Of a DNA stretch of 38,171 bases, positions 30,245 through 38,171 are shown piece by piece. Position numbers and translations under genes: made by a program. Under the pieces are notes generated by a model that had not been told where the DNA came from, ran no database searches, and saw nothing but the letters and a program-made list of their open reading frames with translations. Location of the stretch: contig NC_068983.1 in assembly GCF_001194135.2 (NCBI RefSeq), positions 158,440,573-158,478,743 on the forward strand. Reading direction: 5' to 3'. The DNA is from Octopus bimaculoides. Taxonomy: Eukaryota. Numbering within the stretch: the stretch's first letter is position 1; the number at the start of each line of letters is the position of its first letter.

Positions 30245-33200
30245 TTAATATTTTAATACTCCTAATGAAATAATCATTACTAATTAGATTTGCTGGATTT
30301 TAACTGCATTGAACTATACATCACACCTCTTTGTATTGGTTTATTATGGGGTTTGTAGTCTGGTCCACTAAAGGAGCTTTTTTGTGAGTACCACCATTAA
30401 ATCCATATCTTGTGCATTATATAGATATATGTGTGTGTGAGTGTTTGTGTATGTATATATACGTGTATATATATGTATGTGTGTGTGCATGTATATATGT
30501 ATATATGTAATGCATGATACATAATGTTGTACATTATTAATAAACGATAATTTAACGAGAACTGAACCACACACCTTTTGCTTACAAGGAAAACTTGATA
30601 CTACTTATACTATAGGGAGCCTGGCGCTTTTCTTCTCTCAAACTGTTTATCGACTATACGGAACTGTCATCTCAACACGGGCGTCACGGGTATTTCATCT
30701 GGAATTTGTCAGCATCCTATATATGCGCACGCGCGCACACACACCCGCACGCGCGCGTGCGCATACAGAAAACAATGTATGCGTTAGTTGTTCAGAAATT
30801 TCATCTGTATGTGTGCGCGTGCGAGTATGTTTACATTTCAGCATAACGTTGCGTTGATGTGGACATGAGAGTACGGAAAGGGATAAAGATGTCAGAAGCC
30901 TACCTTCTCACATTTTTATCTCTGTATACTCTTTATGTCGGCACCAACACTCTGTACAAATGTAAACATTTATTCGTTGTTCAATCCTAGGTTAACCAAA
31001 AATAATTTGAAACACACACACACACACACATACACGCATAAGATACATACATATATACATACATACATGCATACATACATAGGTGTATATATGTGTATGT
31101 GTGTGTTAGAATTCCTTATGTAAAATCAATGACTATGTAGATTTTTGAATTCCAGGCAAAGTAGAACATTTATTAAAGCGTCTTGGCGATGGCTTCGCTG
31201 GCAGTGATAGGGTATCAGCTACTGGTAATATGAGACTCTTAATTTCAGTGAAAACTTAAGATTATAGCTATACATATCAAAGAATATCTGCACTGTTTAA
31301 CTGTATTATTTAATTGTAACATTTACTATTATGATATCTAATCTTCAAATACAATAAACGCTTAAATTGTCTTTACAAGAAAGCATTTTTGAAAGTTTCT
31401 CTGGGGTCATAACTTTTATAGAATATGATATTAGGCACAATATATTGCGGACATATTATAAGCCACTTTCTTCAATGTATCATAACAAATTACTGAAAAT
31501 ACGTCTCTCTTGAGAAATATAAAAACAATTATCAAAGTTCGCCTCGCTAATGAGCAAATATTTGCTAAACTTCTCCGAGATTTTATATTGTTTTATTTTT
31601 GTTTATATGTACTTCTTTTTTATTTAGTAAATATAATTAGAGCAATGCTTTCCTTCAGAAGATTTGATGCTGTAAAAATACTTTGTTGCTGAAAAATGTC
31701 TTTGAATTGAAGACGTTAGTCGCCATGATATCTCTATAGATTTAACCTCTATTTTGAATAGAAAGTTGCAAGAAGAAAGGAAAACACAAAATAGCTGGCA
31801 GTTGCCAAAACATTCTAAACAAGGCAAAATAAATATCATTTGGTGTTTGTGAATATTGAAAAGCTATGTGGTTAATTAACTACACATCTCTGACTAATTC
31901 TTAATTACTTTATCAGGTAAAATCTTTTTCCCATGCGTTCTAGAATTGTGTAGTTCTTGAAAAGAAATTTGTATTCAATACGAGTGTTACTTGTTATTTT
32001 ACTTGGATAACATATATCTCGTGTAACTTGTATTATTTACTCGAAATATGTCAGTATAAACCAAAGTCGCACTATTAGATTGCCGGTTATCTTCTGCATG
32101 GCATTTGAACACACCGTGTCAATAAACTTCATTTCTTACAATAAGGACAGGGGTGGGGAGAAGGGATGAAAACACTTTTCCCAATGGTAACAGCTGCAAC
32201 ATACAAATAAGACAGTCTCAACGGGGAATCGAAACTAGGAGTAATTATACATAATTATGAACTCTAAGATTCACGTGAAATATAGAAAGGGTCGAAAAGT
32301 ATAAGTAGGGGAAGTACCAAAGTATAAGTACCAAACGGTTTTCGGACACACTTCTAGGAAGTATCGCCAACGGCTAGAAGTCTAAAACCTTCCCTAGAAT
32401 GTATCTATGAATAAATAAGATGAGTTCTTTTCTTTTAAACTTTATTTTTAATTTCTCAGGTTTCCACACGATTTTCTCGGTAGATATTTTATGCAGATTG
32501 GGTTTCCTAATTAAATTTTATTGACGTTTGAATATCACGTGATGCTATATTCAGAATGCCTGGCCATAGAATGACGGTTGTTGTTACTTTATATTCTTTT
32601 TATCTGACATCTGATGTGGTATTATAAAGGGTGTGGTGATTTGCATATTGGCATTAGTGGGAACAGTTTTAATGCATTCTCCGTATGTTGCTCTTGTGTG
32701 CTGAGGATTGCTATATGTTTATTTAAAAGTTCATCAAGACAATTTCCCATTTAGATCAAGTGTCTCTTAAATACATACCAGCACATAATGTAACTATGGA
32801 AACTGTTATGTTTTATTACCGAGGTTCTCTTCCGGTGCCCCAAAGCAAACTGCACCAACAGACTGAAGGTGTTTGTTAGATTCTTAAAAACAACATTGAC
32901 TTCGAAAACAAAGAAATAAAAGAAATACTTCACTTGCATGTGAGCTACTAAATATAAATTGCCTAAAGGTGGATGTTATTTTCTTATTATAAAATATGAA
33001 ATGAATGCAGACAGAAAACAGAAATCCCAGGAAAAGTTAACAGTATTAAGATTCAACACTAAAATAGAGGAGAATGTTTTTTGTATCAAAATTCATATTT
33101 TATGATCAAATACAAAATAAAAATCCTAGATTTTCAGTGAATGTAAGGCAAGATGTGTTGATGTTCATGCTTTACTAAAACGAATTAGTGGCGTTACTGA

Positions 33201-33471
33201 AATATTCTGAAACTGGGAATCATAAATAGGTAACAAATTCAGCACACTAGGGCTTTATTTCTCATTCTATGAGTGCTGCCATTAAAAAAAAATATTGATA
33301 TTGATGTCTTCCACCTTGGCACCATATCTTATATATTCATACCTCACCCATGAGCATTAGAGAAACGAAGTGGATTTTAAGAGAAAATTGAAACCTGTGC
33401 ACTGGGCTCTATTCACTAGAATGTATCCTCTGAGGACAACAAAAATGGCTCTATTTATCAATAGTATTGAA

Positions 33472-33789
33472 CGAGGGTTTTCAATCACTTTTTTTCCTAT
33501 GGAACCCTTTGGCTACTATTTTATGCTAGTGGACCCCCATAGCCATTCGATGTTTGAAAGCTAGATTTATAGAAACTTCTTTCAAAATTTCAATTTTGTT
33601 TTCCATACATTAGCCTGTGTAAGCTGAACTACGTAAAATGTTTCTTGCAATACATACCAATACACACATTTAAAGCAAATTTTTTTTCTGGGCCCTTTAA
33701 AATACCCAATTTAGTATTTTGTTATGCGGAAGCCCCAAAATCTTATATGGACCTTCAGAGGCCATATGGACCCCAGTTGAGAACCACTG
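33472..33789. mobile_element. hAT (Buster/Charlie-type) MITE of about 318 bp
   Basis: Right TIR reads CAGTGGTTCTCAAC on minus; left decayed CGAGGGTTTTCAATC. 8-bp flanks GTATTGAA / GTATAAAT match at 5 of 8 positions. Confidence 0.6.
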
Positions 33790-33806
33790 GTATAAATGAA
33801 TACATT

Positions 33807-34075
33807 CATGTGATCACATGACCGACCAGGCAATCAGATGCTGTTACACATTGTTGGTCACAATGCACTTTTGCATTGTTTTAGCCTTCAAATGACGCTA
33901 CCCCGCTGGCTAGCCGAGCAGGCCAACATTACCCAACTGATCGAAAGGGGGAGTGGAGCAACGTGAAATGAAGTGTTTTATTAAAGAGCACAACACGCCG
34001 CCCGGTCTGGAAATCAAACCCACCATCTAGCGATCGTGAGTGCGAACAGCTTAGCCACGAGGCCACGCACCTTCA
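33807..34075 (-). mobile_element. tRNA-derived CORE-type SINE, same family as 9618-9900
   Basis: Minus strand GTGAAGGTGCGTGGCCTCGTGG...GGTTTGATTTCCAGACCGGGCGGCGTGTTGTG...GAAGGCTAAAACAATGCAAAA...GCCTGGTCGGTCATGTGATCAC. Confidence 0.85.
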
Positions 34076-34683
34076 CTCATACTAAATGATTGCTAAAACG
34101 TTAATTAGATACCTAATTCTTGTCCCTATCCCTAGAGGTTTCTTAATTTATTGAAAAACAATTGATTTAATAAGTCACAAATATTTTATCATCAGGATTT
34201 AAAGCTCATGAAACAATTTACAGCCATCTGTACCGTCACTGAAATATGAAATAGGCTTAACAATACACCATACAAATACACAATGTTTTAAATCGGTTAT
34301 CATACAAAAAAAAAACGTTATTGAAAAAATAGATTAATAGTGTTGAATTAAAACTTAGTATGTGATAAATGTAAATGAGAAGAATTACTTGAAACGTAGT
34401 ATGTCTTTCTTTACCTCGTTATACTTCAGTTTTCTGGCTTTTTGCTAAATTTCCTCTTGGCGACGATAATCTCATTGATTATCCATAACTGCTATAAGCA
34501 CGATCACATTGTAAGTTGTAACAACAATCACACTGTTATCACACTTTTCTGCAGTATTCCTCTAGAACAATGGCTCCCTGACAGTGCGCCGTGGCACACT
34601 GATGTCCTTGGAATGAAATAGCTAGGGAGAGTTGATGATGTTTTATTAAGAGTAGTAGTGTTGATGGTGGCAATAAGAGTACT

Positions 34684-34687
<4 letters not shown>

Positions 34688-34730
<43 letters not shown>

Positions 34731-34757
34731 GAGAAAGTGAGAGAAAGTGAGAGAAAG
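34688..34757. repeat. (GA)n followed by GAGAAAGTGA repeats
   Basis: Read directly. Confidence 0.95.
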
Positions 34758-35189
34758 AGTGGGTATGTGGGAGAAAGAGGGAGATGGTGTACAACTTTGT
34801 TTAACCATGTCTCTTTGACAGAAATTCCTGTCGCCAAAATACTGAACACTATCATTTTTGTTTTGTTTTTTGCTTTCTTTAATACATATACACGTACATA
34901 TATAAAAATACACTTTAATTGAAATGAAGTTTCCCTAAAATTAAACATATCTAATATTATAAATTTATTATATTACATATAAAGCAAGAACACCCTGCAG
35001 ACTGCGATGGTTAATAAAACAGAAATAAAAATTAAAAGTGTATTCTTTCTGTGCTGCCAGGTCCCAAACGATCTTCGGCACCGTTATTGGGGGTTCCTGC
35101 TCTAAATTGCACCACAAGTTGAATCAAAAAGACTGTTTGAGAACGACTAAGACTATTTGACAAGACTGGGTACTACGCTATTTAACAAA

Positions 35190-35505
35190 TAATATATCAC
35201 GTCCATTGTCGGATCAATAAAGCATGCAGAGTAAAGCCGCTCGGCACAGATTGACCCTGAACTCTGCTGTGCATGCGCACTAATATTTAACGTCCTAGCT
35301 CACTTCCGCTGTTTACAGTAGTGCTTGGAGGAAAGGTGTGTAGCGTGTGATCGTCGCATTGACCATGACAGGGAAAGTTGGGCAGAGAATCTGCAAAAGT
35401 TTGGCAAGAGCTTGGCGATACCTGCTCAGAGACCTACGCAAAGTGTTCAAAAAGATGCTATAAGATGCAATGTACTCATAGCTGAATGCTTAAGTATCAC
35501 CTTAT
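35190..35505 (+). mobile_element. Short mariner-derived fragment holding the transposase N-terminus
   Basis: From ATG at 35365: MTGKVGQRIC.KF.QELGDTCSETYAK (with frameshifts). This resembles the EQRICIKF..LG...SET start of irritans-type mariners. Boundaries uncertain. Confidence 0.5.
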
Positions 35506-37619
35506 AGCTTCATCGTATGTAAGATCCGATGAAGCTAAAGGGTGTTGTTCATTGAGTTTGTAAAAATCATTTGCACCAACTTCAGATAGTTTCCTGATAA
35601 ATCTGTATTGAAGCTCTTTTAAGTTGGCACTATTCTAAGATTTCATAGTTGTGGTTGCTGTTTAGCCCCGACTCACTCATCAGAATTTAAAATGCCTTTC
35701 AGCCGTTACCATTTTCTCTTATACCAAAGTCTATATTGCATTGTTTACTTCGTCCGCTTTTATGCCCCTCGATCAAGTTTGATTTCAGCGTTTGTCAGGA
35801 AGGGATTTAAAAACCTGTTTATTCTGAGAGCTTTATTCAGTTTTCAAACAGCTACCATCACCATCATCACTCCTTTCTCATTTTTTCTATTCACTCATCT
35901 CCCTTTATCTGTCTCATTCTATATATCTCTTTATTCTACTAGTCGAGAGAGAGAGAAGAGAGAGAGAGAGAAAGAGAGAGAAGGGAAGCTACAGAAAGAT
36001 GAAAGAGAGACTAAAATGAGGATGATCATAGAGTTTGACGCCATGTAAACTGTATTTTAGAATCTTTCGTTAAATAACCTTCTCCCTCAACTGTTAGTTT
36101 TTAATTTTTCCCAAATCTACATACATTTCACCTTCCCATATTTTTCTATTTTCATTTTTAATGGTCGTGTTGGTGGCGGGATATGATGTAGTTTGAGCGG
36201 GATTTGGTTGCTGTTTCTCAAAATGTTGTACATAATTTCCCTGTGTCTATATGTTATGTGGGTGTTCGCTTCGTTGTTTCAGAATATATTCTTACAATAC
36301 ACAAGCACACACGCATATACAGACATACAGGTTTCGAGAATAAACAACCGTTTTGAAAAGTATTTTCGGGGAAGCAGAATGTATTTTAAAGCATACAATT
36401 TGAAGTGGATGAACTAAAACACTTTGATAGCTGATAATTATTAAAAGAAACGGAATTAATATCATGCAGTATAAAAAGATGTCCGTCATTAGAGTCACTA
36501 TTGTAATATTTAAGTCGTAAATTAATCACACGTTTCAATCAGTTTAACGTATATGTACGCACTCGTGTGTAAGTATTCATATCTCAATGAATATAAAATT
36601 CTAGTCCCATGCAGTTAAGTTAGTATAGAAGCAGTTTGCCACCCACTAAAACAGTAATTTAATCCTTGAGTGCGATCTATTAAAAAGCAATAATAATTGT
36701 CTAACAATGTAGAGTTAAGATTTTACGTTTATTTCTTAAACAAGACGACTGTTCAGTTGTATGTAGGACCATTTAAACTACGTTTTATTTATCCTACCTT
36801 CTACTACTAACATTTAATGTGTTTTTGTAACTTACTCACGAGGAATTTAAGTAATTGTCCTCTCTAATTATTATTCTCTTTCTCATACGTGCACACATGA
36901 TATAGTATGAAACAGTTTGGTAATCACATTATTTCCGTTACCTGTATAAATCTTCGAGTAGACAAACTAAGTCTATATTTAATCAGAAGTTCAATAGATA
37001 TAATCAAGAAATATATCTAAGAAACTCACAGTATCAATATCTAAATTTGAACTTTAAACTTCTAAATTGCAAAGAAAGAAATTAAAATAATATAATACAC
37101 TTCCGATGAAATCCGTTAGCCTGATGTGCTTTTTTTCACGTTAACTCATAAAACTGGAATGAGTAAGGTATAATTTGATGACAAGCTACTGAATATATGT
37201 GAGTACTTCTAAAGTGCTTACGAAGGAAAAGCACAGAGTGGTGCCGAGAATTAGCTGGGTTTTCATGCTATCAAATTCACATGGTGTAAAATATGGGGAG
37301 CTAGATTCAATATTAAAGTACTCAGGCTCTGTTCGCTTTTCTAGTGACGCCAATAAAAAAAAAACAACGACTTTTATTGTATTGTTACAAAGCTGCACCA
37401 CGCTGATTAAGTCCGGTGTCTCAGTGCAACCATTACTGACTATCGTAAGGTTCAGCGTTGGAGCGATACCGAAAATAAGTCAAAGGTTTAATTAGTTCCT
37501 TTAAATAAAAATGTCTCTTACCGTTAGAAGTAATTTAATAGCAGGCATAAAAATTAATTATTTAATATATAAATTAACATAATTCCAATGCCAATCCATG
37601 CTATACTGGAAACGTGCAC

Positions 37620-37745
37620 GATATGTGTGTGTGTGTGTGTAAGTATACATACATACATATGTACGTATGTATATATAATTGTGCGTGTGTGTGTATATAT
37701 GTGTGTGTGTGTGTGTGTGTACATACTTGCTTATATATACACACG
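37620..37745. repeat. Complex (TG)/(TA)/(CATA) tract
   Basis: Read directly. Confidence 0.9.
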
Positions 37746-38124
37746 CACAAAATTTTCTTATTGAATAATATAAACAAAAATATATTATAAATATAAATAA
37801 CGTATACATTAAATAATGCCACTGAGTTTAAATACCATGAAAATCACAAAGCGAATTCATACTGGTTAAGGTAGATTTCAAAATACGAGAGTGACCGATG
37901 TTTTCCGAAGTACTACCACAGGAAAATAATGTTAAGAAAAGTATTTCATCCCTGTGGTAGGAAAGATATTGTGTTACAATACGTAAATGGAAATAAAACA
38001 ATTTCACAGTATTTCGATTATTTTAACGCACGAATTTCAATCCAAACTGCAAATCGTTTAAACAATCGAAGATGCAACCTCCAAGTTAGAATTCAAGAAG
38101 CTCCAGCGTTTTGTATGTTTGTGT

Positions 38125-38127
<3 letters not shown>

Positions 38128-38171
<44 letters not shown>
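38128..38171. repeat. (TA)n microsatellite running off the window end
   Basis: Read directly. Confidence 0.95.

Noticed and set aside
99-38171. Numerous ORFs rich in VCVC, THTH, IYIY, III/NNN and SLSL
   Set aside because: Translations of microsatellites, which lack stop codons in some frames; not genes.

Overview
AT-rich eukaryotic non-coding DNA, dense in di/tri/tetranucleotide microsatellites, with two assembly gaps (26949-26992, 29800-29901). The SINE families and repeat style suggest a coleoid cephalopod, probably Octopus (inferred from pattern recognition, not a database search). I find no intact protein-coding gene and no CRISPR or prokaryotic features; most listed ORFs are microsatellite or antisense artefacts. 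Supportable content: an internally deleted MULE (2.7-3.5 kb); three R4/Dong-clade LINE fragments among (TAA)n tracts (6.7-8.7 kb); a near-full-length D,D34D mariner nested in a Buster/Charlie-type hAT fossil, next to a Tigger/pogo fossil (17.8-22.2 kb); about ten tRNA-derived SINE copies from several families; a hAT-type MITE; and a lone full-length 5S rRNA copy abutting a SINE head. Several decayed minimal hammerhead-ribozyme motifs of the Penelope-associated kind occur, two of them in an inverted repeat. A pre-miRNA-like hairpin and a few isolated candidate micro-exons are also present. Nothing here proves a novel system. The best leads are the hammerhead-bearing repeats, the 5S-SINE junction and the TAA-associated LINE cluster.
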